The notes: a model not told the origin generated them from the sequence alone. Positions 16,735-26,904 are shown, counted from the stretch's first letter. The stretch: 64,000 nt of DNA from an uncultured Caldithrix sp. (GCA_964355675.1 CAYHEC010000014.1:1110-65109), one strand, 5' to 3'. A program made the numbers and translations.

Positions 16735-18933
16735 ATGGCAAAATCTAACAACATAGGTGTCAACGGCAGAGCGTTGACAGCTTCCGGGGTCACTGCCACC
16801 CGCAGGGGGGTGGCAGAAGTTCCTGCATCTTCCGTCACCCCCCCGCGGGTGACGGACAAACTCAAATGGAACGACCCCGTCGCTCTGGTAAAAGGGCTTG
16901 GCGAACAGCGCGCCGAATTCCTTGTCTCGCAAGGATATGCCACCATCGGCGATTTGCTGATGCGTGCACCGCTTCGCTACATCGACCGCCGACAATCGCC
17001 ACCATTTTCCACGTTGACGACGCCTTCCGCTGGTGAGATCAGCGCCGTCGGCGTCATCGAAGCAGTCGGCGAGAAAGGGTTCGGTCGAAAAAGGCGACTG
17101 ATCTGCATTATTTCGGATGGGACGGGAATCGTGCAAGGGGTCTGGTTCAAGAATTATCATTTTTACAAGCCGGAATTGACTCCGGGTCGAAAGATTGCCT
17201 TGAGTGGCAGGATTACCATATTCGACGGTCCGCAGATCACTCACCCGAAGGTGACTTACCTTGACGGTGACCGGAATCTGCCTGGTGAAGCGTCGCTGGT
17301 GCCGGTCTATCCTTCGGGTGATGAGTGGGAGAAAGCCGGACTTTCCAAGCAAGTGTGGCCCCGATTGATCGCCAAAGTCATTAAAGATTGGGATGGAGAA
17401 GGTCCGTACCTGCCGGAGAATATCCGTGGTCTCTGCAAATACCCGACACTCCGCGATGCGGTTACTGCATTACATCAACCCAACGGGCTTGAGGATTTCG
17501 ACCGGGGTCTGGAGGCGCTGAAATTCACTGAGCTTTATCATCATCAATTGCTAATGGTTGTTTTGCGCAGGCGAAGAAGGCAGGGCGATGGAATTGTCAT
17601 CGGGTCGCAAGGCGAAAGATTTCCCTTATTCTTGAGACAATTACCGTTTGAACTCTCGCCGAGTCAACAGGAAGTGTTGGGTGAGATTAGTGAAGACTTC
17701 TGCTCGGGTCACCCCATGCATCGATTGTTGCAGGGGGAAGTCGGGTCGGGGAAGACTGTGGTCGCGCTGGCGGCGGCGGTTCATTCGGCTGATTCAGGCT
17801 ATCAGACTGCCATGATGGCTCCGACGGAAATACTTGCCCGGCAACACTATAAGAACGCAATCGAGTATTGCGAACCGGTCGGGATGAAAGCCGTCATGAT
17901 CAGCGGGGGGCGAGACGCCGACGAAAACCGACGAGCGCTTTTCGAGGCGTCGGTCGGTAAGGCTGATATTATTATCGGCACGCATGCCCTGTTTCAAGCT
18001 CGCGTCGAAATGCCTCGCCTCGGTTTGGCGGTGATCGACGAGCAACATCGGTTTGGAGTTCGGCAACGAGCGTTGCTGGTTGGCAAGGGAGTGCGGCCGC
18101 ACGTCCTGTTAATGTCGGCGACGCCTATTCCGAGGACGTTAGCGCTGGCTCATTACGGGGATCTTGAGTTGTCATTTCTGAAGCCTCCCCCCGGCATCGA
18201 AAGGCGCGTAAAAACACGTATCGTCAATGATTCGCGTCGTGATAAAGTATTCGGTTGGTTAAAGGAAGAATTGAAGAAGGGGCGTCAGGGATTTCTCGTT
18301 TTTCCAGTGATCGACGAAAGCGCAACCGGTCTTGAAGCCGCTGAAGCTCGTTATATTCCGTACAGTACGATCGACTTCAAAGGAATTCCGACGGCGCTTA
18401 TTCATGGGCGGATGCCGATCGATGAGCGGGTTAGGGTGATGGATTCGTTCCGTAGGGGGGATGTGAAGCTACTGATGACGACTTCGGTGATCGAAGTCGG
18501 AGTTGACGTGGCGGAAGCAACGATTATGGTTATCGAAAACGGCGAGCGGTTCGGGTTGTCCCAGCTTCATCAACTTCGTGGAAGAGTAGGAAGATCGGGC
18601 AGAACGGGAACGTGTGTAATTATCTCTTCGGAACGAGAGGGGCAGACAGGATTCGAACGAATCCGTAAACTCGAGACGACTTCTGACGGGTTAGAGCTTG
18701 CTGAGGAGGATCTGAGGCAAAGAGGGGCGGGTGACCCGCTTGGAGCGCGACAGAGTGGCTGGGTAAAATTCAAGCTTGCCGATCTGACAATGGATTACAA
18801 ATTATTAGAAAAGGCGCACCTTTCAGCGCTGGAAACGCTGGATACATGGCCAGACCTCGAACCCTTCCCAGAGATAAGAGCCAAATTGAAGCAGGAATAT
18901 CGCAATAGACCGAAGACGATGTTGGCGGGGTGA
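16735..18933 (+). CDS. recG: ATP-dependent DNA helicase RecG
   Basis: Walker A GEVGSGKT, DEQH box VIDEQHRFG, motif VI HQLRGRVGRSG. The first 38 codons are built from three hairpin repeats, so an alternative GTG start at 16849 is plausible. Confidence 0.93.
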   Translation: MAKSNNIGVNGRALTASGVTATRRGVAEVPASSVTPPRVTDKLKWNDPVALVKGLGEQRAEFLVSQGYATIGDLLMRAPLRYIDRRQSPPFSTLTTPSAGEISAVGVIEAVGEKGFGRKRRLICIISDGTGIVQGVWFKNYHFYKPELTPGRKIALSGRITIFDGPQITHPKVTYLDGDRNLPGEASLVPVYPSGDEWEKAGLSKQVWPRLIAKVIKDWDGEGPYLPENIRGLCKYPTLRDAVTALHQPNGLEDFDRGLEALKFTELYHHQLLMVVLRRRRRQGDGIVIGSQGERFPLFLRQLPFELSPSQQEVLGEISEDFCSGHPMHRLLQGEVGSGKTVVALAAAVHSADSGYQTAMMAPTEILARQHYKNAIEYCEPVGMKAVMISGGRDADENRRALFEASVGKADIIIGTHALFQARVEMPRLGLAVIDEQHRFGVRQRALLVGKGVRPHVLLMSATPIPRTLALAHYGDLELSFLKPPPGIERRVKTRIVNDSRRDKVFGWLKEELKKGRQGFLVFPVIDESATGLEAAEARYIPYSTIDFKGIPTALIHGRMPIDERVRVMDSFRRGDVKLLMTTSVIEVGVDVAEATIMVIENGERFGLSQLHQLRGRVGRSGRTGTCVIISSEREGQTGFERIRKLETTSDGLELAEEDLRQRGAGDPLGARQSGWVKFKLADLTMDYKLLEKAHLSALETLDTWPDLEPFPEIRAKLKQEYRNRPKTMLAG

Positions 18934-19061
18934 AACTGAATATGCCGCAGGGTGCGGACACCCTGCGGCAGGTAAACAGACCGAAGACGATGTTGGCGGG
19001 GTGAAAAGGAATATGCCGCAAGGTGCGGACACCCTGCGGCAGGTAAGACGATGCTGGCGGG
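18907..19061 (+). repeat. 71-bp tandem duplication (about 2.2 copies) that includes the last 27 nt of recG
   Basis: The unit AGACCGAAGACGATGTTGGCGGGGTGAAA..ATATGCCGCAGGGTGCGGACACCCTGCGGCAGGTAA starts at 18907 and again at 18978, with a partial third copy to 19061. It contains a 10-bp-stem hairpin CCGCAGGGTG-cgga-CACCCTGCGG. Confidence 0.9.
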
Positions 19062-19220
19062 ATAGAATATTCCACTCCCTCGTAGAATTAAGCAGGAGGA
19101 CATCCTCGTCCGCCTGCTTAAAAGCGAGACTCTTTCGCAGACGAGGATGTCCGTTTAAATATATCCAGTGTCGGATGCGGCGACTGAAGTCGCCGCTACC
19201 CAAACCAGATAGAATTTGGC

Positions 19221-19946
19221 TTATTTGCTTCCGCTCGGAATGCCTACTCCGATGAGCAAACGGATTTTGACTTCGCTTTGCCCCGGATCTGCTTTTCCGA
19301 TCAGAAATGCCGATCCGAGTGAGACCCACAGATGCTCAGTTCCATGAGAGATAGTGGGACCGAAATATGTTTCATCTTCACCGCCGGAGATTTCCGCTCC
19401 AACAGCCATAACTTTGCTTAATTTATAAGCCATTGCCCCGGAATACCCCCAGCCAATTTCCGCTTCGCCTTCCTTCTCCCAGGCGAGTTTTGGATTGAGC
19501 GCCATCAGGTATTTTTCGCCCTGCTTGCCAATTATGGGTTTGAATTCGATCTCTTGTGCCGTGAAGTCCTGATTCGCTTTGTACTCGAAATAGAGGATTG
19601 GTTTTAGCCAGTCGCCGGTTTCATTACCGAGTCGGTAACGGCTACGTAATTTGAAGGCTTTATAGCGATAGTTTCCGGCGGCAGATTGTCCGAATACCTG
19701 ATAGACTGAGAAGTCGAAGCGGGGCGTCATACCCACTTCAAGTTCGAACTGGTGTTCGAAAGCCGTGTTCCGTTCGAACTGATTGCCATGCGGGGTCGAT
19801 AGGGTAGTGTACTGTTCAAATTCGGCTTCACCAGGCATTAAGGTTTGGTATTGATAGGTCCAGACGAAGGCGCGACGGTCAGCCAGCGCATTGCTTGCAA
19901 GGAAAAGACTCAAGGCAAGCGTGAGGATATGTAAAGAGATTCTCAT
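19221..19946 (-). CDS. Putative outer-membrane beta-barrel protein
   Basis: 241 aa. Signal peptide MRISLHILTLALSLFLASNALA, with alternating hydrophobic/aromatic strand pattern throughout. Confidence 0.5.
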   Translation of the reverse strand: MRISLHILTLALSLFLASNALADRRAFVWTYQYQTLMPGEAEFEQYTTLSTPHGNQFERNTAFEHQFELEVGMTPRFDFSVYQVFGQSAAGNYRYKAFKLRSRYRLGNETGDWLKPILYFEYKANQDFTAQEIEFKPIIGKQGEKYLMALNPKLAWEKEGEAEIGWGYSGAMAYKLSKVMAVGAEISGGEDETYFGPTISHGTEHLWVSLGSAFLIGKADPGQSEVKIRLLIGVGIPSGSK

Positions 19947-20098
19947 GAGAGACTCCTGAATTTTGGTGATTGGTTGGAGTCAATTTAGAGAAATTAGACT
20001 AATGAAACAATATTGCATTAGACAAATATATTGCGGGTCACAAAACTTATTATTATTCATTGATCGTTGCTGTCCACTAATGTGTTGTCATGGGATTA

Positions 20099-20347
20099 AT
20101 GATCGGTAGCGCAGCGATTTATCGCGCTCATATTGAGATTGGGACGATAGGCGCGATAAATCGCTGCGCTACCAGCACACCCATAGGCGCGATAAATCGC
20201 TGTGCTACCAGCACTCATAAGCGCGATAAATCGCTGCGCTACCAGCACTCATAGGCGCGATAAATCGTTGTGCTACCAGCACACCCATAGGCGCGATAAA
20301 TCGCTGTGCTACCAGCACCCATAGGCGCGATAAATCGCTGTGCTACC
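20099..20347. repeat. Family-E repeat array (GTAGCGCAGCGATTTATCGCGCC)
   Basis: One forward copy (ATGATCGGTAGCGCAGCGATTTATCGCGC), a 19-nt spacer, then six reverse copies (ATAGGCGCGATAAATCGCTGYGCTACCAGCAC) with a 34-37 bp period. Confidence 0.9.
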
Positions 20348-20445
20348 AGTCAAAAATGTCACAGAAATGTATGGATGCCGGCTTTCGCCGGTATGAGAGC
20401 ATTTCGGGTATATTTCACTTTCTCGGACAGTCTCGAATGTCAGGT

Positions 20446-20745
20446 TTAAATATCAGGTAATCTCTTTTTTCTTTTTGTATTGATGGCGATCAGTGATTTC
20501 GTGACCATTTTGCCTTTATAAAGCGCTTTAAGCACTTGTTTGGCGATGGATTCCTGTTTTTTACTCTTTTTCCGTCCTGCAATTGTTTTTTCGTTGGCTG
20601 GGGCAGGTAACGCGGCGAGTTTTTGCACCAATATTTTAGCGGCGGCAGGGGGTAAAATCAGCACAAAATCTCCCAGTCGGATATAAAATTCGGCGTTATT
20701 ATGACCGACTGAAACGCGCTCAGTGAGGTGGGTTTTTATTGCCAC
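20446..20745 (-). CDS. Hypothetical basic protein
   Basis: The ORF-track entry is 20446-20805. A GTG at 20745 gives a 10-nt overlap with the upstream gene stop. Lys-rich C-terminus, no recognisable motif. Confidence 0.35.
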   Translation of the reverse strand: MAIKTHLTERVSVGHNNAEFYIRLGDFVLILPPAAAKILVQKLAALPAPANEKTIAGRKKSKKQESIAKQVLKALYKGKMVTKSLIAINTKRKKRLPDI

Positions 20746-21563
20746 TTTGTTGTCCTGTTGGCATAAGTTACGCAGTTGTCCAGCGCGGCTTGGATCAATT
20801 CCCACTCCGAATCGACGTCTGCGAGATCGTCTCCGAAAGTCGTTCCATCGCGGGGATTTCCCTCCTCAAATTCGGGCTGAAACCCTGAAACCCAGAAGTG
20901 CCCGTAGCCATATTCGCCGCTGATTACTGCCGCCGATCCGAGCCCATAATACTGGTAATCCACGGTAAATGCCGAGGAGTTAGCCGGAAAGAACTCAGGA
21001 CCTCCCCTATACAATGTCTGATAGCGCAATCCGCGAGCGACAATTCCCGGCGACGGAGTTCGCTCGATTTCGATCATACCATAGTGAGGGTTGGGAAAGA
21101 CTCGCTCGGAAGGATAACGCGTTGTTCCGGAAATAATTCCAATGCCGGGCCAATTACCGGAATCCGATGCGGCGAACGCTCCTCCTGCACCAAAGCCAAT
21201 ATATCCTCCACCGTCGGCGACATAACTTCGAATATATCCTCTACCGACCGGACCGACTAAATCCGAGTATAGGTGAGCGTCCCCACCTGGAAAGAGTATT
21301 ACGGCGAAGCGTTGTAACTTGGAATCGGCTATTTCCTCAAGCCTCAAGGTGTCGCAGGTAAAGCCTGCGAACCTTACCACTGCAAAGCAGGCCTTAACGC
21401 TCTGAGAGAAAGCGCCATCGCCGGTATAGATCCCTACATCGAATAGTGTTTCAGGTTTGGCCGGTTTGGCTGAGTCGTCGCAGGCGACAATTAAAGCGGT
21501 CCCGATCAATAAGACGGGAAAGAAGTTTTTGAAAAGGTAGTTTTGAATCGGCGAAATCCTCAA
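20736..21563 (-). CDS. Lipoprotein with class-I glutamine-amidotransferase-like (BPL_N-like) domain
   Basis: The ORF-track entry extends to 21890 and collides with pgeF. A TTG at 21563 gives a lipoprotein signal FFPVLLIGTALIVAC. ILFPGGDAHLY...YVADGGGYIGFGAGGAFAA resembles BPL_N/GATase-like domains (from memory). Confidence 0.45.
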   Translation of the reverse strand: MRISPIQNYLFKNFFPVLLIGTALIVACDDSAKPAKPETLFDVGIYTGDGAFSQSVKACFAVVRFAGFTCDTLRLEEIADSKLQRFAVILFPGGDAHLYSDLVGPVGRGYIRSYVADGGGYIGFGAGGAFAASDSGNWPGIGIISGTTRYPSERVFPNPHYGMIEIERTPSPGIVARGLRYQTLYRGGPEFFPANSSAFTVDYQYYGLGSAAVISGEYGYGHFWVSGFQPEFEEGNPRDGTTFGDDLADVDSEWELIQAALDNCVTYANRTTKWQ

Positions 21564-21677
21564 CGATGGTAAAGTTGTCAGGCTTGTGCTTGACACTAAT
21601 GGTAAGAAAGGTAGTATTATTACGAGGTGCATAAAATAGTTGCTCTCCAAGAGCGACGAAAAACAAACATTCAAACC

Positions 21678-22430
21678 ATGACAAAAATAACTATGATCGC
21701 CACCGAACGAACTAACTTGATGCGAATTCCTGAGTGGTTTAGAGAAATACGCGTTGCCTTTTCCTTGAAGGCGGACGGACAGATGTCTTTCAAGCGCGCA
21801 AGCGTAGCTGTTGTTGTTGCAAATCGTAGTCGGTTCCTTCAGGCCTGCGGACTGAAGGTCGAGGCGGTTGTCGCGGGGGAGTTGGTTCATGGCTCAAAAG
21901 TTCAGGTTGTCACTTCAATAGATGCCGGAAGGGGTGCAACGGATGCTAACTGGATCGAGGGAGTGGATGGGTTGGTAACCAGTGATCTCAGTCTGCTTTT
22001 ACTCACGACTCATGCTGATTGTGCGCCGGTTGTGATCTACGATTCGTCGCACCGGGTTCTTGGGCAGGCCCATGCAGGGTGGAAGGGTCTTCGCAGTGGT
22101 ATTATCGAAAATCTGATCGATAGCGTCTGTTCCATCAGCGGAACAAAACCCGGATCGTTGAAAGCGTGGATCGGGCCAACCATTCGCCGTTGCTGTTACC
22201 CGGTTGGCGTGGAAGTGGCGAGGCAATTTCCGGCGGAGTGTTCGACACTCATTGGCGATACGGTTGCGCTCGATTTGACGAGGTTCATTGGCCTGGAGTT
22301 CGCTCGGCTTAAGATGGATCCGTTATCAATAACCGATTCAGGGGTATGCACAGCTTGTGATCCAGTGTTCTCGTCTTTCCGGCGCGATGCGGATAAGACG
22401 GTTGCAATGGCTCTGGTGTCGGGGCTGTAA
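21678..22430 (+). CDS. pgeF: Peptidoglycan editing factor PgeF / YfiH-family (DUF152) protein
   Basis: HADCAPV and HAGWKG motifs. The start is set at the ATG 21678 (MTKITM) to avoid overlap with the divergent gene. Confidence 0.8.
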   Translation: MTKITMIATERTNLMRIPEWFREIRVAFSLKADGQMSFKRASVAVVVANRSRFLQACGLKVEAVVAGELVHGSKVQVVTSIDAGRGATDANWIEGVDGLVTSDLSLLLLTTHADCAPVVIYDSSHRVLGQAHAGWKGLRSGIIENLIDSVCSISGTKPGSLKAWIGPTIRRCCYPVGVEVARQFPAECSTLIGDTVALDLTRFIGLEFARLKMDPLSITDSGVCTACDPVFSSFRRDADKTVAMALVSGL

Positions 22431-22470
22431 ATTTTTCCTGATAGAATTAAAAAAAACAAGGAACAAAACA

Positions 22471-22992
22471 ATGACTCCAAATAATTCCGTAAACACACTT
22501 ATCATCGAGCGTATCTTTGACGCTCCTCGCGAAATCGTCTGGAAAGCCTTTACTGAACCGGAACAAATGATGCGCTGGTGGGGTCCGAGAGCCTTCACTT
22601 GCCCGGTATGTAAGATTGATTTTCGGGTTGGTGGTAGATACCACTCCTGCATGAGCGGCGTCATGCCGGACGGTATCAAGGCCGACATCTGGTCAACCGG
22701 CGTTTACCAGGAGATTATCCCCATCGAGAAAATCGTTTGCACCGATTCTTTCGCAGACTCGGAAGGTAATGTCGTCCCGGCGAGTTATTATGGAATGACT
22801 GGCGAATTTCCGTTAGAGATGCAGGTGATTTTCAGTTTCGAAGATCTCGGCGGTAAAACCAAGATGACTCTCCATCATGTCGGAATGCCGGAATATATGA
22901 GTAGTGACGCGAACCATGGCTGGTACGAATCGTTCGACAAGCTTGCGGAAAGCCTTGCTGCCAATTCCGAAGTGACTCAATCAGGTACTTAA
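22471..22992 (+). CDS. SRPBCC / AHSA1-like protein
   Basis: LIIERIFDAPREIVWKAFTEPEQMMRWWGP is typical of the Aha1-like SRPBCC family. The ATG at 22471 follows an A-rich leader. Confidence 0.75.
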   Translation: MTPNNSVNTLIIERIFDAPREIVWKAFTEPEQMMRWWGPRAFTCPVCKIDFRVGGRYHSCMSGVMPDGIKADIWSTGVYQEIIPIEKIVCTDSFADSEGNVVPASYYGMTGEFPLEMQVIFSFEDLGGKTKMTLHHVGMPEYMSSDANHGWYESFDKLAESLAANSEVTQSGT

Positions 22993-23075
22993 TGGTTGAC
23001 TCGATGTTACCGTCGGATGCAAACCTGAAAACGAAAGCCCGCATGTTCTCGGTACGAGAGTATGCGGGCTGTTTG

Positions 23076-23146
23076 CTGGGAGATAGGGATTCGAACCCCA
23101 ATTCCATGGTCCAGAGCCATGTGTCCTGCCGTTGGACGATCTCCCA
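23076..23146 (-). tRNA. tRNA-Gln (anticodon CTG)
   Basis: Folded by hand. Acceptor TGGGAGA/TCTCCCA, D stem GTCC/GGAC, anticodon stem CATGG/CCATG with loop CTCTGGA, T arm TGGGG-TTCGAAT-CCCTA, discriminator G. CCA is not encoded. Confidence 0.9.
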
Positions 23147-23262
23147 AAAATGATGCTTGAAATATAACAGACCAATGCACAGTGCGCAAGAAAAACGCAC
23201 GTCTTGTGACACGATAACCGGAATCCTTCAGTACTCTCTTCTCACAGAATTTCTCCTCGAAC

Positions 23263-24387
23263 TCAATCAGCCAATAATTGCCGATAGCGTTTACCTGTTT
23301 CATTAGCCATGTTTTCTGCCGAGAATCTCACCTCGCTTGAACTACGGGCATTCAGGGAGAGTGAGTGATAAAGCGTTTGGTCAGAAGATAATACATTTAT
23401 CAACCTGACGGCTTCGCCCGGTTTGTCGAGAGGAAATAAAAACCCATTGCGTCCGTCGACAATAAGATCCGTGCTACCGGTAACCTCTGTCGCGATGACT
23501 GGGATCGATCTTACCAATGCCTCAGCTACCGCGAGTCCGAATGATTCCCAGCGGGAAGTCGAAAGGTATAACCACCCGTTATTGATAATCTCAAAAGGGT
23601 TATCGAGAAAGCCGTGCATGACAACTTGTCCAGAGTCGATATATCCTGAAATTGTGTTTTCGAAGGTTTGTCGTCCTTCACCATCACCAACAATGTCGAA
23701 TACGAACGGGCTTTCCGCGCTTTCCGATAGAAGTCCATCGATGATGTCGCATAACAGTTCGGGATTTTTGGCGTAATCGAACCGGGTAACCGTCACAATA
23801 TGATGGCGATTGCCGGTATTCGATTTATTCTCGGTCACTTCGGGGATTTCAATTCCATTTTCGATGACTGTCAACTTTTCAGGCGGGACGATGCAAAGGT
23901 TCTTTAACTGACGCGCCTCACTTGTTGAAACCGCGATAATTCTGTCTGTTACAAACGCCAGAATCCGTTCCAGCCAGAGATACAGCGCTCGATTGATGAC
24001 TCCATATTCACCGATATGCACACCATGAAAGGTATGGACACATTTTCGTTTGGTTAGCAATGCTGACAGGCGTCCATAAATTCCGGCTCCCTTGCCGTGC
24101 GAATGTATGACGTCGATGTCGCGCCGGGCGATTTCTCGAACCAGCCGCCACATGGAAGTGATAGTGAACTGACGATGAGGAATTTCAACAAGGCGATCTG
24201 CGCCAAGGAGTTGCTGGAACCTGCTCCAATAAGGTTGCTCGTTGGGAATGGCGAGATGGATTTCATAATTTGACAGTAGATATTTTGTCAAGAGTTGCAT
24301 GTGAGCCGGACCACCGCCGTGGTCGGCGCGCACGGAAATCATCATGATCCTGGGTTTGATGGAGAGTGATGAATCAGAGCCGGTCAA
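23263..24387 (-). CDS. Glycosyltransferase family 4 (GT-B)
   Basis: 374 aa. C-terminal motif TSRWESFGLAVAEALVRSIPVIATEVTGSTDLI (E-x7-E). Confidence 0.85.
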   Translation of the reverse strand: MTGSDSSLSIKPRIMMISVRADHGGGPAHMQLLTKYLLSNYEIHLAIPNEQPYWSRFQQLLGADRLVEIPHRQFTITSMWRLVREIARRDIDVIHSHGKGAGIYGRLSALLTKRKCVHTFHGVHIGEYGVINRALYLWLERILAFVTDRIIAVSTSEARQLKNLCIVPPEKLTVIENGIEIPEVTENKSNTGNRHHIVTVTRFDYAKNPELLCDIIDGLLSESAESPFVFDIVGDGEGRQTFENTISGYIDSGQVVMHGFLDNPFEIINNGWLYLSTSRWESFGLAVAEALVRSIPVIATEVTGSTDLIVDGRNGFLFPLDKPGEAVRLINVLSSDQTLYHSLSLNARSSSEVRFSAENMANETGKRYRQLLAD

Positions 24388-24399
24388 TATTTGCCTTGG

Positions 24400-24873
24400 T
24401 CATTTGAGGGTTTTTTCCATATAAAGCACTCCTTCCAGCGGATTGCCGTAGTAAGGAGGGATTTCGGTGAAACCCTCCCTAACGTAAAGTGAAATTGCCG
24501 GTATCATCCTGTCACGAATGGTGTCAAGTCTCATAAGATTGTAGCCAAGGCTTTTGGCGGCGGTGATTGATTCTTTGACAAGCTGGTATCCGACTCCTTC
24601 GGTGCGAGCGACGGGCTTGACATAGAGGCGCTTCATTTCACAGGTAGTATTGTCGAATTTTTTGACGCCGACACAGCCGACGAACTCGCCCAATTCGGAT
24701 CTGGCAAGAATCAGCTCACCGGAAGGTGGATTGTAAAGAACAGGGAGTTTTTTCAGTTCTTCATCGAAGCCTTGAAAACAGAGACTGAAGCCGAGAGATT
24801 CGGCATACTCAAGGAAGAGTTGCTTTGCGGCGGAGAACTCTTCAGGAGTTCTGGCTTGGATGAGTTCGATCAT
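24400..24873 (-). CDS. GNAT family N-acetyltransferase
   Basis: 157 aa. Acetyl-CoA binding segment RLYVKPVARTEGVGYQLV. Confidence 0.85.
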   Translation of the reverse strand: MIELIQARTPEEFSAAKQLFLEYAESLGFSLCFQGFDEELKKLPVLYNPPSGELILARSELGEFVGCVGVKKFDNTTCEMKRLYVKPVARTEGVGYQLVKESITAAKSLGYNLMRLDTIRDRMIPAISLYVREGFTEIPPYYGNPLEGVLYMEKTLK

Positions 24874-24897
24874 GTGAAGTCCAAGTTACAAATTTAT

Positions 24898-25010
24898 GAC
24901 AAGCGAGACGCTTATCCTACGCGGCAAGAGCGGCTTGAGATGCCGCTTTATGACAAGCGAGACGCTTATCCTACGCGTGAAGAGCGGACTAAAAGTCCGC
25001 CCTCCAAGAG
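24898..25010 (+). repeat. Two copies of a composite F+D repeat
   Basis: GACAAGCGAGACGCTTATCCTACGCG followed by AGAGCGG(N)CCGC(CCTCCAAGAG), at 24898-24948 and 24952-25010. The same composite recurs at 30746-30805 and 30920-30978. Confidence 0.9.
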
Positions 25011-25061
25011 ACTGCCGCCACACAATAATATAGACTAATATTGCTCATCATTGCAACAGCT

Positions 25062-25101
25062 ACAAAGCCCCAAAAAGCACGGAACCCACACCGCAGTATG
25101 G
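25062..25101. terminator. Bidirectional intrinsic terminator
   Basis: AAAAA-g-CGGAACCCA-(10 nt)-TGGGTTCCG-TTTT. Downstream of the minus-strand gene 25157-25816. Confidence 0.6.
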
Positions 25102-25156
25102 GTTCCGTTTTCGTCTCATTATGGGGAGAGGAGACGATTCGTTTGGTAACCGGACA

Positions 25157-25816
25157 TTAATGACGACCACGAAGCGTGATGGTTACTTCCGTGGCTCGTT
25201 CAGCAACGATAGTAACGCGTTCACGTCCAACTCCGACCCCGCGAATACCAGCGGTGACAACCCAAACTCCTGCCGGGATAGTCTCGATCTCGAGATGCCC
25301 ATCGGCGTCCGTTTCGAGGTTGATCGGGCGAACCCTGTGGCCACGCATTTGCATGCGAGCAGGAACGAGACAAACACGGGCTACACCAGGTTCAACACCA
25401 TCCGGTGGAACGACGTCAATAGTGAGCGAGCCGGTCGGGCGCTCTTCACCACCACCGCCGCCGCCTCGACCTCCGCGGAGTACAAGGTCAACAGGGGTAT
25501 TGCCGTCGTTTTCGACGAGCGCTTCAGCGCGTGCACCGCCGAGTTCGCGGGTCATCGCCGAAACGATGTAACGACCATTAGGGACGTTGGTGACTTCATA
25601 GCTGCCGTCTTCGATTGATTCAGCACGTCCCATGAAAGGACGTTGACCACGATGCATATCGATTCCCATTACCATTATCATTGCTCCGGCGACTGCGCCG
25701 CCATCAGCACTGGATACAGTACCACTGATGGAGCCGAACGCCATTGCTGACTGAGGAGCAAACCCCAGAGTCATGAGAGCGGACGCCATCATTACGAACA
25801 TTACGATTTTCTTCAT
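25157..25816 (-). CDS. Secreted carboxypeptidase-regulatory-like domain protein
   Basis: 219 aa. Signal peptide MKKIVMFVMMASALMTLGFAPQSAMA, two SG.V....G..V.GA-type repeats and a Gly-rich linker. Confidence 0.55.
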   Translation of the reverse strand: MKKIVMFVMMASALMTLGFAPQSAMAFGSISGTVSSADGGAVAGAMIMVMGIDMHRGQRPFMGRAESIEDGSYEVTNVPNGRYIVSAMTRELGGARAEALVENDGNTPVDLVLRGGRGGGGGGEERPTGSLTIDVVPPDGVEPGVARVCLVPARMQMRGHRVRPINLETDADGHLEIETIPAGVWVVTAGIRGVGVGRERVTIVAERATEVTITLRGRH

Positions 25817-26348
25817 TGTTTTGCCTGTTAAGTTGTTAGCGGGATGCTTTACCTACGGTTATCTCATAAGCAATCAATGTGCCAGAAACATCGACATCGT
25901 GAGTATTAGAAATACTGAAAATGTAAATCGATTGTTTGTATTTATATTTCAATAAATTAACTTGTAATTATTGCAGAATTTGATTTACAAGACAATTTAT
26001 CAACAGAATGTCATTAAAGTCGTCAGAGAAAGTGCGAATGATATTCGCAGGTCATTTCCTGATAGACGCAGTTCGAGTAAAAAGTGTTTCTGGATTCAGG
26101 TGAAAGCAATTTGATAGTTGTTCGGACGAAGATCCTACCTTAGTTTTTCCAATTTGCTCATTAACTTGTGATGTTTTGAAAAAAATTCATTTTACATTCG
26201 TATAATGTTTCGATTGGATCGCAAATTGCGATTATAGAATAATCATTACGAATTGATCGTCTTGAATACAAGATGTGGCAGAATCAATGCCATAATGGCA
26301 GTGAGTAGTGTCAATCATCAATCATCAATCACAATTTCAGGGAATTTA

Positions 26349-26675
26349 ATGTCACGCGAAATTACATTAACGGACGAAAGTTTCGAACAAACAATAGCTT
26401 CATCAACTCTTCCTATCCTCGTTGACTTCTGGGCTCCATGGTGCGGACCTTGTCGTTTCATTGCACCGATTCTTTCCGAAATCGCCGAGGAGAAGGCTGA
26501 TTCGATTATCATTGGCAAAATGAACGTCGATGACAATCCGGTGATACCACAAAGATTTGGTATTTCGGGTATCCCAACCATGATTCTCTTCAAGAATGGC
26601 AAAGCGGTAGAAAAAATGGTGGGAGCACTTCCTAAGGCAATGCTTGAAAAAGCACTCGAGCCTCATTTGAAATGA
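26349..26675 (+). CDS. trxA: Thioredoxin
   Basis: WCGPC active site with 108-aa thioredoxin-fold length when started at the ATG 26349. The ORF-track start at 26253 adds a non-homologous extension. Confidence 0.93.
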   Translation: MSREITLTDESFEQTIASSTLPILVDFWAPWCGPCRFIAPILSEIAEEKADSIIIGKMNVDDNPVIPQRFGISGIPTMILFKNGKAVEKMVGALPKAMLEKALEPHLK

Positions 26676-26796
26676 CCATTGCCGGGAGGATAGGAATTTT
26701 TGCTTGTCAATTTCTTTAAGCGACAGACTGGAATGACTATCCTCCCAGCTTTGCTAATCATGTCGTAGAAGAAAGTAGTTATTTTGTATAAATCAC

Positions 26797-26825
26797 TTGA
26801 CCTTGGTGCAATTGAAGCTTATATT
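26797..26825 (+). promoter_or_regulatory. Sigma70-like promoter candidate (TTGACC-N17-TATATT)
   Basis: TTGACC at 26797-26802 and TATATT at 26820-25, 80 nt upstream of rpsU. Confidence 0.4.
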
Positions 26826-26904
26826 TTGGGTTCATTGATCGACGCAATATACTCTGCCGTCTATAAAATGATTCCACTACTAAAAATTTATCTCGAAAGA
26901 TCGT

